A stretch of DNA of 63,471 nucleotides, filler included, from Choristocarpus tenellus KU-1152 (taxonomy: Eukaryota; Protista; Phaeophyceae), in assembly GCA_964200185.2 (NCBI GenBank). It is 13 parts of 13 records of this genome, joined end to end, with 100 filler letters (N's around TTAATTAATTAA, not from the genome) between each part and the next. Parts side by side here need not be neighbours in the genome. Positions count along the whole stretch, not along the records: positions 29,943 to 33,976 come from CAXNAD020016567.1; positions 34,077 to 36,600 come from CAXNAD020027075.1; positions 36,701 to 43,995 come from CAXNAD020006383.1; 10 more parts are not named here. One strand, written 5' to 3'. The notes under the pieces were generated by a model, which did no database searches, was not told where the DNA came from, and saw nothing but the letters and a program-made list of their open reading frames with translations. Positions 29,970 through 42,599 of this stretch are shown here, in pieces. Position numbers and translations under genes: made by a program. Numbering within the stretch: the first letter of the stretch is position 1; each line of letters starts with the position of its first letter.

Positions 29970-32900
29970 TTACCCCCTAACCCCCCCCCCCCCCCCCCCC
30001 CCATTGGTTGCACTTTCACCTCCACCATCTAAACCTCCCCCACTGCCATCACTGCCACCAGCACTGTTAACACCCAATACAGCAGCCCCAGAGGCTGCCC
30101 CAACACTACCACCACCACTACTGCCGCCCGTGCTGCTGCTGCCTCCTCCTCCTGCAGTGCCAGTGCCGCTTGCTGAGGTGTAGACACCCCCTACTCCATG
30201 ACTCCACCTGTGTAATCCCAAGATTCAGAGAGTCATGGAATTTTTTAGAAGATTTTTTTCTAAGGTGCAAATGAATGCATTTCATTGGATGAGTGTGTGT
30301 ACAGGCTATACCATAGAGGAAGTCATTAAGGAAGGTTGGGAAGATATTCAGTACAGTTCAAATGAATGCATCCCACTGGCTAAGTGTGTGAGTATGGGCA
30401 ATGCCATTGGGCAAAAATTGAACGATTCATATAATATCTTCAATCTCGAATGCATTCGATTGGCTAAGTGTGTACGCACAGGCAATAACTACTGCTTTTG
30501 ATCAAATATTGCACTCAGGGTTATGGCTAAACCTCAGATAAGACAACAGATAGGACAACACAATACTATTACACTCTAATGCTAGGTTTAATTTGGTTTC
30601 CAACACATGTTGTGGGTAACACCAGTGAAGAGACCATTCCCTCCCTGATAACAGCTGGCATTACTCTGAAGATGATTCTTCTCATGCACACTTCTAAAAA
30701 CATCATTTGTGTTGAGTAGCACTAGGTTGTCGGAGAGGTCTGAAATAGTAATAATATGAATAGTAATAGTAGTATGAATAGTAACAGTGTGAGATACTAA
30801 TAGTATCAATACTCGGAATCAATAGAAGAGCTTGAGTTGGAATTGTCAAACGGAGAAAAATAACATGCTCAAAATAAATATAAATAAATCTCTATTAGGA
30901 AGTATAAAAACAAACTTCAAAACTTCTCAATTTAAAGCAGCGATTACTACTAATACAGTAATGCTTACATTTTACTGGAAAGTAGGGCGCATGATTATAG
31001 ATCAACTCAATCTGTCCTATTTATATCACCATGTCCAAGTCCCCAACATGTCAGAGTGACTCACCTCCCTGGTCCTTCGAGAGAGTCTATGATTGGCACC
31101 ATCAGAGGGCCGGGACTAGATCCGTCCAAAGGACCCCCTGTATTTTCATTTGTTAACAAAAAATAATAAACAAAGAAGGTAGATGGTGGTGATCAAAGTG
31201 GTGACATCTAATAAACAAAGTCAATACGGGTGACATCTCTGCAGAGTGGTGCTGCTGCATCATCTTGAGATGCAGCACGAGAGGGTGGGTTGGGGTTGGA
31301 ATGAAACTCCACTCTCCCTCAAATGAGAACACTGGTAAATTTTTTATGCTTCACTCTTGCTTGTAATACACTCATCAAATAAAAAAAACAAATCTACATA
31401 AGAAAAAAAATGTATGTAAAAGAGTTGTTCACACTACTTTTTTTTTTAAGTGCCAAGAAAAATTAAGTAATGAAACAAAAAAAAAATGACATGACATGAT
31501 ACACAACAATGGAAGGACATGATACACAACACACAAAAAATAAATAAAATTACATTAAGGTTCTTACCCTCATTTTTTTTCCACTCCTCCTCTCTGCAAC
31601 CAACCCCTTCTACCCCCCAAGAATAATATTTTTTTATTGGAAATGATTAATCCCCCCCCCCCATCCCCCCCTAGTCAATGGCAGCAGGAATACCCCTTAG
31701 CTCACCGTTACATTGTCCTGAAAGAGTAGACGTCTGTCTCTCTCCCCCAAGCCCCACTAGAGCTGGTGTCAAGTCAGATATGGACCCTGAACTTGTGAGT
31801 GCAGCTAAGAATTAACAGATGTAATAGATGATTAACAGGGAAAGAAAGAAAGTCATGAAAGAAAAGGAACAAGAGGAATTGGGTTACTTTGGGAGTTGCA
31901 ACGAGTGGTATGCCTGTCTGTGGTGAGCTATGGGCACGGCCCAGAGCACTACTGCAATAAATTGTAAATAATAAAAACATTGATAATGATGATGATAATG
32001 GATCATGTGGGCAACAACCCCCCATCAAAAAAGAGCCTAGAGTCATCACCATCAAAGTGAAAGGGAACAAACCACACACAACTACAAAATAGTATCCAAT
32101 CAAATACCAACTGTGGACAAGGTGACTTGAGCCAACAGTGTCCACCTTAAACATCACACCCCTTCCTTGCATGTACAGTGAGAAAAGAGAGATATTGACA
32201 AGAGATATTGATTACTTTCAAAGTTGTGGTACTTCTTCATTAACTCACGCATGGCTGTGCTCACACGGAACATTATCATATCTGTCCTTATACACTGATG
32301 CACCAAATCATATTGACCCAGCGAGGGGGAAGGGGTTTAACTTAAAAAAACTTAGGTAAAAAAAAAGAAATTATATGTAGAGAGAGGGGCATAAAATACA
32401 AAAGTGGTGAAGAGGGCAGTACACTTGTACAATGTAGTGCTGTGGATAAAAACACTTATGACTAGAAGTTAAATCAAAATAAGAAATGTTAATACTCTCA
32501 GTTGAACTCATAACATATATGCAGCACATGAACTGAAGCGAGTGAATCACCAAGCTATCTGAGCAGATCGTGGAGTGCAACTACTTTTGTGAGAAAAGTG
32601 AGAAAATCTAGCCAATCAAAAACATTACCCCTTGATATTCGATTTTGATTGATCATGACATACCATCATCAAATTGCGACATACCAACTTCAACCAGTAC
32701 CATTACCATTCCTAACAGTAACACAATCAGTGGGAAAGAAGCCCGGGACGGTATGATTTGATTGGTTCATAGCTCACACCGTTATTGGCTAAACGTTTAC
32801 CATCATACCATCATACCATCATACCAACCCTAACTCATAGATATGTTTCACAGCAATTCACGATTCTAAACAAAAATCAGTAGCCTGGGCATGAACCAGA

Positions 32901-33770
32901 CCTCTATTCCATCCCCTCGGGGTGGGTTGGTTCAATTCACTGTGACAAAACCGTAACCCTAACCCTAACCCTAGGAACATAACCTTGTCACCCTACCTAG
33001 ACATGCGTGCAAAGCCTTTGGTATTCCACTCTCATGCACGCCGATGGCATAGTAGAGTGAAACACAAAGTGTCATTGGAATCAGAAACATATGGTTAACC
33101 TTGGAAATCCTACTTAGTGAAGTGTAAGACCCTGAGGAGTATCAATTTTCCTGATTTAGGAACAGTGAAGCCAATGAGGTTTTTGGATAGATTACCAGGT
33201 AGTCAAGGGTAACGACTTTAATATTCTTTGATATTCTGATTCCAATCAACTGTTCTGTTTCAATGCACAATAGACACAGTCCATCAGGGAAAGACAAATG
33301 ACAATACTCCACTAACATCAGAGGCTTTGTACATACACTCTATCAAAATCTATCTTCTGTCCTAATAGTATTTTCAGTCACATAGCAATACTATCTCATG
33401 TCATTTGTCATTAACATTATGAGTGGAAATGAAAAACTATAATAATAATAATAATAACAATAACAATCCTTACCAATATTATCGACAATGTTGCAGGTGG
33501 AGAAGCATACCTTTACAAAGTACCCCATATTCTTATGACCATCATCCCAGTGTCAAAGTAAAGTACTTAAGGAAAAGAGTCTGTCCCTAACTAACCCTTA
33601 CCAAGCACACCACCATTACATACTACCGTTACATACTCTACCATTACGGCTGTTGACCTTCCCCATATATAAATAACAAAAATATCAAAGCATTCAGAAA
33701 CCAATCACACTCCAGCACTCACGTGGTCTGCTGGGCCTCTGCCGCACCACCATCTTATCAAGGCGTGCTC
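29970..33770 (-). CDS. Unknown Gly/Ser-rich protein, partial; exons 33770-33723, 31804-31706, 31137-31065, 30207-29970
   Basis: Four AG/GT-bounded blocks (donors GTGAGT, GTGAGC, GTGAGT) join in one open frame: ARLDKMVVRQRPSRP/PALTSSGSISDLTPALVG...QCN/GGPLDGSSPGPLMVPIIDSLEGPG/RWSHGVGGVYTSASG... Confidence 0.5.
30270..30492. repeat. Diverged tandem repeat, ~90-bp unit x3
   Basis: GAATGCAT...TGG(A/C)T(G/A)AGTGTGT core at ~30274, 30364, 30448. Confidence 0.7.
33005..33335. mobile_element. Old foldback/MITE-like element with long degenerate inverted arms
   Basis: Nested complementary pairs CAAAGCCT/AGGCTTTG, GATGG/CCATC, TGAAACA/TGTTTCA, ATTGGAATCAGAA/TTCTGATTCCAAT. Confidence 0.55.
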
Positions 33771-34873
33771 CTGCAATCAACTTTGATGCAGCCAACAGAT
33801 ACGCCTCTGCTTCAAGGTACCACCCCTAACTCAATACAAAAATTATAAATCATATTTTGGCAGGGGTTTTCCCAGTCAATGTCATATGTCAGGAATCAGG
33901 ATATCCATTTTGGTATTTAGCCATGGAGCACAGGGGTAGCGCCATTAGATAAGGATTGTGAGAGATAGGGGGCGGGNNNNNNNNNNNNNNNNNNNNNNNN
34001 NNNNNNNNNNNNNNNNNNNNTTAATTAATTAANNNNNNNNNNNNNNNNNNNNNNNNNNNNNNNNNNNNNNNNNNNNAAATGGACAGCCGCCACCCCCCCC
34101 CCAAGATACTATGAGCCTGATGATATCACAATAGTAGCAGGGGATAGGTACAGACTGAACGATATAGACTGGAATACCAATGGATGGATGTATTGTGTTC
34201 CTTCTACTGTGCTTTTGTGCTCTAGTCCAGCAAGTGCAAGTGACAGTTTACTGCCACAATTATACTCTGGCCATGCATGTGGTAGGTTTTTGTTAGTCCA
34301 AGTGCAGGTGAGAGGTCTTGTTCATCCATTTGTGATTGCACGCCCAAATACAAAACCCCCTATGGGTGCTTCATGACTTTGATTTGTTTTTGCTTCACTC
34401 GTGATGATAATGATTAGGGTTAGGGTTGGTAATACATTAATAATGGTAAGAGTGTAATGTTACTTGAGTGAAATACAGAAGTATATGGTGATGATCATGT
34501 AGGTTATGTACATACTTACACTCTGTCATTTGGAATATTTTGGATTTATTTCCGATGGTGGCACCTGCAAGTGGTTTGGAAGGAAAGACCCCTCAGTGAA
34601 ATACTAATCCCTTTGTCGTTGCCCTGTCACTCCTCAAAATACATCTGCAACACATCAGTGCTTCATGATTGGTGATGGTTGAACTTCGCATTGACACTGA
34701 TGAAGATAAATGAATTGACCCTTACAATTTCTTCATCGAATCAATCGATTAATTGATAATTGTAAAAACACAATCAATCAATTAATTAGCAGTCTTGAGT
34801 GAACCCTAAAAGCATACGTCAATGCATTGTTTGTTGCTTTTGCAGAGATAAATTAAAGGTATACCTTATCTTT

Positions 34874-35109
34874 GAGTCAAAGTATCTTAGACGGTAGAGC
34901 TGTGTCCATTTGGGGGCCAAAATCCAATGTTGCGATTTTGATATAATTTTGGGTATATCCTTGTTCCAGACACTTCTTTTCATAATGTATACATTTTACC
35001 TAATCCGAAACATTTTGGAGCAGGTAGAATATCGTTAAGAATCTGTGGGAAGCCAAGCCCCAAATGGGCAAACAGGGCAGAATTCGTACCCTCTAAGATA
35101 CTTTAACTC
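34874..35109 (+). mobile_element. MITE family 1, copy with small internal deletion
   Basis: GAGTCAAAGTATCTTAGACGGTA...TACCCTCTAAGATACTTTAACTC. Confidence 0.88.
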
Positions 35110-35223
35110 CAAAGGTATACCTTGCTTATCTTTGCACACAGAACATATTGCAAAAACAGACAAGTCATTCTGTCCCTTGGGTGACCTCATCATCTTTCTC
35201 TGTCTGCATTGCACAACCTGTAG

Positions 35224-36499
35224 AGTTCTACCATAGGGACAGGAGTTTGATGGAAACACCATGTGTCGTGTGCCTGGTGTTTCTTGCTGTACTCTCCAAA
35301 GTAACAGTTACAAACACCCAGCAGTTACAGTTACACCTCAACTTTACACACACATGCAGGTTCTCTTTGACCTCAAAATCGACCCCCGCTTCCACATGTA
35401 TGAGAGGTTGCGGCTAAAGCTAGCAACTATCAGGGTGCAGCGTATGTGGAGGAGGAAGCTTGGTGGGTGGAGGGCATGGGGTTATCATACCGTCTAAAGG
35501 GCAGCAGCTATTTGTTAGTGAAAGATAGGGGTGCGGTCAAGGGAGTAGTATACCTGCTGCGCTGCATAAATCTATACTATACCTTTAATTGTCCATGTAC
35601 CTGCTACCGCTCAAGGTGAAGTCGTTCTTATGTGGCGGATTTTGTGCTGGTTTGTGGAATCAACATTCCTCCCTCAGAAAATTTCGGGAATGCGCTACGG
35701 AGACAGCAACCTTCAACGGAACAGAGGTGGTATTGGGCACTAACAGTGCTCAAACAAACACAACTATTTTATGGGGGGCTCTCTGTGTGGGCAACATACC
35801 ATCATGCCACTTCGTCTTGTGGGTGATGGTGATCTCGTTTTGTGGTTAATTCTCACCTCCCTTTTCCATGTAGTGCTGACAGTGGATAACACATGCGAGT
35901 GCTCATGCTGCTATTTGGTAGCCCTCTACTGCCCAACCTACTGCTCGTCACTGGCGTTGGTTCAGCTCCAATCCACCTTCCTCATACCTCTCACATCCAC
36001 AACCCCCTCTCCACTCACCTCCCTACACACATTAGAGTTAGATTAAGCCAGAGGTACCCAGAGTTGCATTCTTAAGATGCTGAAAAGTATGTGCTAAATC
36101 TGTCTGTTTTTTTAGAAATGTGGATATTTTCTGAGTTTCAAACAGTTGTGTTGGGGAAAGTTTCAAAAAATAGACTTCATCCACAGAAATATGGGTGAAA
36201 TTACAAAATATTAAAAAAATAGACTTAAAATTTCAAACAGACAAAACCTGGGTACCTCTTGTCTACCTTGCCTCTTACATTTATTGCATGCACTGTACCT
36301 CTATTCCAACACCTGCATTCTCCCCCTCCAATAATTTACCACTTCAACCAGCTTGCTCCTCCCAGGTTCCATTGTCTGTTCTGGCTCTGATGCGACCAGG
36401 GTACCTCCGTGGTGTAGGGGGCATCATCCTCCGCAGTGTATATCACCCACCCTCATGGTCACAACAGCAAGTGGCACAGGTCTACACCGCCATGTTGAG
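35224..36499 (+). CDS. Unknown putative membrane protein, partial; candidate exons 35224-35300, 35360-35462, 35616-35726, 35874-35959, 36366-36499
   Basis: Five AG/GT blocks join in one open frame with hydrophobic segments and an IQ-like ATIRVQRMWRRKL. Alternative: the second exon is terminal (TAA 35495-35497). Confidence 0.45.
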
Positions 36500-36814
36500 G
36501 TATGCAACTTGAACAGCGGTCTTGGGGGGGGGGGGGGAAGGAGAAAAGGATAGGGACAAAGAACAGAAAAATGGAAGAGAAAACGTCCGAACTCAACACA
36601 NNNNNNNNNNNNNNNNNNNNNNNNNNNNNNNNNNNNNNNNNNNNTTAATTAATTAANNNNNNNNNNNNNNNNNNNNNNNNNNNNNNNNNNNNNNNNNNNN
36701 ACCATCCTCATAGTCCCGCTCCATCCTCAATTTTGTGAATCCACTGTTTTAATGGGAGGTAGCACTTAAGCGTAGTGTACGGTCAGGTTTCAACCCTCCT
36801 CGCTCACCTCACAG

Positions 36815-36940
36815 TTTTTACCATGGGCCAATGGGGTCCTGGTGAAAGACAGCAGACTCGCTGGAGTGCCCTTAGTGGCTACAGGATTCGCATTGCAAAT
36901 GGTCAAGAGGCTAAGCAAGAGTCGTAAAGCTCTTGACGAG
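36815..36940 (+). CDS. Isolated candidate exon, unknown protein
   Basis: CAG|FLPWANGVLVKDSRLAGVPLVATGFALQMVKRLSKSRKALDE|GT; 126 bp, open. Confidence 0.35.
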
Positions 36941-39900
36941 GTGCTGAGATGTGTGACAAGGGGGGGGCATTATATCCGCTATCCGGCATACCACAGCTGG
37001 AAATGCGCCCGAAAAGGGCTGTCTTTATTATTCTACTTCTCAAAACAAATTCAGAACTATTTCGGAACAAAATGTATAAAACCCAAATCCCCTCCGAACA
37101 GTTTTTATCCAGAACTGAATTTGAGCAATACATCATGGTGAAAGTCTTCGTATTCGTGAAGAATACGGTCAAAACAAAAAGAGAAAATTCGTAGCGCCAT
37201 AGACTAATGGCACACAGTGAGTATATACTTAGAATGTAATCTAAAATGCCATGTAAATCTAAAATGCAATATATTGAATGCATTGTGCGTAATTACCCCA
37301 AGCCAAGCAAGACCTGCAAGAGGCAATTCAAATCCGCATTTCACTCAAAAACCTACATCATAGTTGCCTACACCTTTTTTACTCTTTCACAAACATTAGA
37401 TGCACTTGTGTTACCCTCTGTTCTTAGCTTTAAGCGATGTAGGATGACAGCATGACAGGTTTAAACCATTTGACGTCATAAAAGGAGATAGTAATAGAAT
37501 TACTTAACACGTATGCTCACAATCTCTACTCTTCACGTGTTTCTCAATGTATAGCTCAACCTAACTAAAAATACAGGACTACAGGAAAGGTACCATAACT
37601 TCTAGATCATTTGCCACTTAAGAAGGAAGCACGTGATGTTGCTATATTTTATAGTCGCAGTGTTTGCATCACTTGAAAATATGTCAATCCCCAAGAGTTC
37701 AGGCAGTACCACTTCCCAAGTTCAGCACTGCATAGCCAAATGAGTGAAACCCTTCAATTTAAAAGTTCCACATTATTCATGATGAAACCCAAGTAAATGT
37801 GATACTTCCTTTCAAATTGAATTCAGAAGCAAAACATGCACACACCAAACCTTGCCTTGGCAACGAAGACAAAATCAGTAGCACAGTCCACAGGCATCAA
37901 TGACAATAGTAACAGCTGCACAGGTTCCTGAATAGAAATATCTTCAGCCTGCCATGTATTTCATTGGTCACATTATGGCATGTCAACCAACCCGTGCAGC
38001 TCAAGGACTGCCCCGTTGTCAGCCACTGAGAATAGGCTTGTGTCTGAGGACACATAAATCCTACTGACTCGTATCATAGTCACGAGCCAGTCCGGTGGAA
38101 CAAGATCGAGCATATTTGAATATCAACACTGTTAAATCACAACATTACAACAGTAGTACAAGAGATGCTGAGAAAAAAATGTACGCATAACTGTTAAATC
38201 ATGTCGTAGTAGTACTGCAGACTACCTCGTGTTGCAGTGTTAACATGCTCTGTACAACACACACATGCACTGATGACACATATCCCTGTACCAGTGTCAA
38301 GGTCAGGATCACAGGGTCAGATAAAATTATTAACTACTGCACAATAGTGGTCCACAGACGAAGCACAATCTTGCTATCTGTAAAAAGCTAGGACTGGACT
38401 GTAGCAGAGGCAGCAAGTTCCCTACGAGATTATTCACAAAGTCAGCACATTTTACATGCCTTCAACTTGCGGCACATCCATGATTCAACTTCAGACCGGG
38501 ACAGCGATAAAAACACACACATCTTGAGTATGTACATGCATAAATGAGACTTTCACACCATGCCACACACCAAGCGTTCCAGAATATTTCATTTTTGCTG
38601 GTTCATTGGGGTACATATATGAGACATGAAACACAAACACAAGCACAAACACAAACACGTATTACACTGAAGTGTGCCAATAGAACAACCTACATTTGCA
38701 TCACCACATAATATCACATATTGCTCACAGTCAACGTTTGAAGAGAATACAAAGGGTTGCCTACACAGGTGTACTTCAGTACATTGCCTATGCTGCTGTG
38801 CAATGGCTAGGGTTACAATCTGTATCCTTCCCCTTTCATCTCCAGAGCAGAATCAACGGATAGCACCAAATGAATGTCAAGGAGGGATGTCTTCTCCACA
38901 CAGCATCTCCAGCTTCCTCTTAAGATTGCCAAAGAAACCGTAGGACTTTCTTCTTACCTGCAACTACAGCAATAAAGGGAGATTCAACGTGCATGGAATC
39001 AGGGTTAGGGATATGTGAGTACACATACAACAGCCCACACAAGAGCAGGCCATGCATTGGATTCGCAAGAGAAAAAACATAGCGTTTGCGTCGTGATTAA
39101 TCCTCCATGGTGGTCTCCCAATACATAAGAGAAGCATCATTGAGTGTCCAACATAATCAAGAAACGAATGCATGTGACTCAAGATTGAAGACAGAAACTT
39201 CTGGTTTCCTTGTCATCGCTTCTTCCTCATGGTTGGGACAGCATCCTTTCCAAGGACTGCTGGTGCTGCTTTGGGAATCTCCTAGTTTGTGAGTCAAAAC
39301 GATCCACTCAAGTCAATTCATAAAATCAACGGATAATCGAGATTGCAACGAAAAACTGCTAAAAAAATTTATTATTCATGGCACAAATTACGCAATTTAC
39401 TTAAAATTTCCTTCTGGCTTCTGACGCTTTGACAAGGCCATCCCGCCCAACAAAGCTCGTCAATTCAGTGTCTCAAAGAGTGCATGAATATTTTGATTCA
39501 ATCAAGACAGCAGAATCATTTTGAGCCAATAAAAAAACTACTGAATTCTTCCAATTCATAATACTACCATCTTCATTTTTATGGTCAATGTCACAGTCCA
39601 CTCATAAGAAGTATAGTGTTGGAGAGGACCAGGGTCTACAGGAGTCGGGCTTAGGCAGTGCATAACTAGTGTTAGGGGTTACACTATGTAAGGTTTCTTG
39701 TGACTCCACAAGGACTCACAATCAAATCCAAACAATGTAGTGGTAAGGAGTAAATTCTAAGGTGTGAGTGTAGAACTCGAGAGGTTTTATGTGGGAAAGG
39801 ACCATTGACATGATAGGCTCAGGTATACTGTGCTTTTTTTCAAGTACAGCCTGCCTTGCATTACCATAGAAGGTGGCATGGCAGCGGGCATCTATTTGTG

Positions 39901-39942
39901 GTATCAGCAATCAAGACAACAAAAAAGAGCAAATGATCCCAC

Positions 39943-41129
39943 CTGTCCTAGCAGCTCAAAAATATGATGGCAAACCCCCAGTGCATGGGGTTGGTCGAAA
40001 CACTGACGCAACCATATCATGCACCGAGCTTGAAAACTTATGCCATTTCCCACCAGCTGCTTGCACAGGGTCCTCCCACACCTCCTTCCAGCATGCTCCC
40101 ACGCCGACCTGTATACATGGCAAAAAGTCCAAGAGTAACACAGCAAAGTGAGTGAGCGGAAGGCAGAAATATTGATGATGAATGGAATAGGAGTCCTTGA
40201 AATCCTTCGACAAATTCGAAAAACTACTACCGTAGAACCTCTGACTGGAACATGCCCTGTTGAACCCATACATTGACATTTCGGCAAGCAGAGGACAACT
40301 AAAATTGAGAAGTTCGAGATCAGAGAACAGTGTGAGGAAGGGACAGGATGCTGGATTGCCATCAGTCACTCGTCACCTTGTCGCAAGTAACCAATCCATC
40401 ATCGCCAAGGCAATTATTGAAAAATTGCTGTCCGAGGTCAAGCTTGTGGTTGTTACCTTCTAGGTATCCAGATAAGTGTTATCGAGTCCATTCTTACACC
40501 TAAAGAGATAACAACTCATCCCATTGTGGTGGCATCAAGGGTGTATGGTGCCCCGTCCAAAGGATGTATCTTCTTACCGTGAGCCAGCATGTGTCTAGTA
40601 TTTCCGCCCCACCATGATATTCATTCAGCGCCAGCTCCCCACCACCACCCTCTGCCCTTTTCTCTTGAGCTATATGGTCGGAGAAACTCTCTTCAAGGCT
40701 GGCATACTTTGCCTGTGGTGGTGGTAGGCAGTGAGGGGGGAGAGTGTTCAATATCTACCAGATTTGGCTGGATTTCGTTATTGGGTCAAGCACAGCCCTC
40801 GTGATTGAAATTGGCAGGTGGAGGTGGGAATGCACAATATAAGGGAGACACAGAGGAGAGAGCACAAACAGAAAGTTCAACATTAGGTGCCGTACATGGT
40901 GCCCATCTCAGAAATTAGGTTCGTTCCGCACACTTTGGCTTACCCTCCACAACCGTGCCTCTTGCCACCAGTACCCACAAAGCACCAAAAGTACCAGCAC
41001 AACACCGACAAGGACTGGCACAGACAGGTGTAGACGCTCCTGCCGTCGATCAGTCTGTGTCGAGGCAACCCTCATGGATCGCCGCTCTTGAGCGAGAAGC
41101 CAGCTCCTTTTGCGATTACAAGTAAACAT
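39943..41129 (-). CDS. Unknown type II membrane protein, 5' part; exons 41129-40944, 40712-40578, 40459-40377, 40108-39943
   Basis: ATG, short basic N-terminus, TM helix (LSVPVLVGVVLVLLVLCGYWW), strong donors GTAAGC and GTAAGA; phases 0/0/2 give one open frame. Confidence 0.5.
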
Positions 41130-42599
41130 ATAAAAATCGCAAATCCCATAATGAGAGCGTAATTGACCGATCTTCTATCCCTTTGGGACGGACGGCACAA
41201 GTGGGTCATTAAGACATCCAGGAAACTGCAGACAAAAGGTTTCAATTCTCAGTATTTGTACGGTTGATCATGGTTGTTAGGGTGAGATGAGTCATTGCCC
41301 GCGGACATTTCGAAATGGGGAGATTATTGTGCCCACCCAAGCCTCTCGAAACTACCAGGGCTGAAGTCCATGGGCGGAGCAAAGTTAGTAGAGGTGGAAA
41401 CATCGGACTTCCGTCCAACACCATTTTTCCCATTCTCTTCCACCATCCCTACTACGACTTTCTCTCTTTGTGTGTCGGATATGTGAATTTCCTCCTCTAC
41501 AATAATGTCCATGTTCAATGTTCAAGCCAGTCAACTTGACTCAGAGGCTTCAGCCAACCCCAACACTCCTTGTGAATTTCCATCCACGTGTCTCTGTATT
41601 CATTCCTATTGCCATCTGTTGGTTGATCTTCCAGTTTTCATTACACGTAATTAATACATCCTCTATTTCAACTACAAGAAATTGTTTTCCAAGAAGAAAA
41701 CACAAAATATTATTAGATAATAGTTGTGATATGTGGTTATCTTCCTTCATATAATATATAATAGCAATACATTATGTAGATTGATCTCCTTCCCAAGTTT
41801 GGAGTGCTTGAAAAGATTATCTCAGTCATCCCCTAATTCCATGATGGATTGTGGACATGCGTTGGCATAAATGATGGGTGATGGAGAGCGTACGTACTGG
41901 TTTTAGGTTGGAGAAGGTATTTGACAAGGGTGTTAAGATGAAAAAAAATAGGGATGATTGGGTCACATCCCACACATTGAATTGGCGTGTTCGTCGGATC
42001 ATCTCTAAAATGTCACAAAATCAAACACCCACACAAACTAACAGTCAATAAAGTGGTGGGGGGAGTTACAAGGTGGAAGTTGAAGGATCGGTGTTGTGAT
42101 TTTGAATCAGATATGGATGTCGAGTTGTAGATGGGTTAAGGAGCATACCTTTTACAGGTGTGTTCTTCTGCCCTCATTCTACTATCTTCATCAATGCAGT
42201 AGTAGTAGTTGCTAAGTATCGCAGTTAAGAGGTTCACCTGGTCATAAGTAGAGTGTGAGAACGGACACCGTGTCCTCTCTCCTCCAGTATAACCTTGACC
42301 GGTTTCTGGAGTGTTTTGGGCATAACATAGTGTTGTGTATTTTTCGTCTCCAGTTGTTACAATGGGCATAGCATAGTGTATAGCGTTATGCTGTCCAACG
42401 TGTGAACTCTTGCAGTATGAGTGAATATATTATTGTATTGCCTTTGTAGCTTCCTTCTCGCTCCTTAGGTTTAGCACTTTCAATGCTTGCCCCTCTCCTC
42501 CCCCCTCAAATCTTCTGCTGGGTCCGCCTCAACATGGCCATTCCGATCCTGATCTGGCATTTTGGCGATATATTATTAGCAGAAAGAATGATCATCAGG

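Noticed and set aside
39943-40108. In-frame TGA (selenocysteine) and eIF4E-like VWEDPVQAAGGKW in one reading frame
   Set aside because: Another frame of the same exon is fully open and matches the phase of the upstream exon; no other eIF4E motifs or SECIS evidence.
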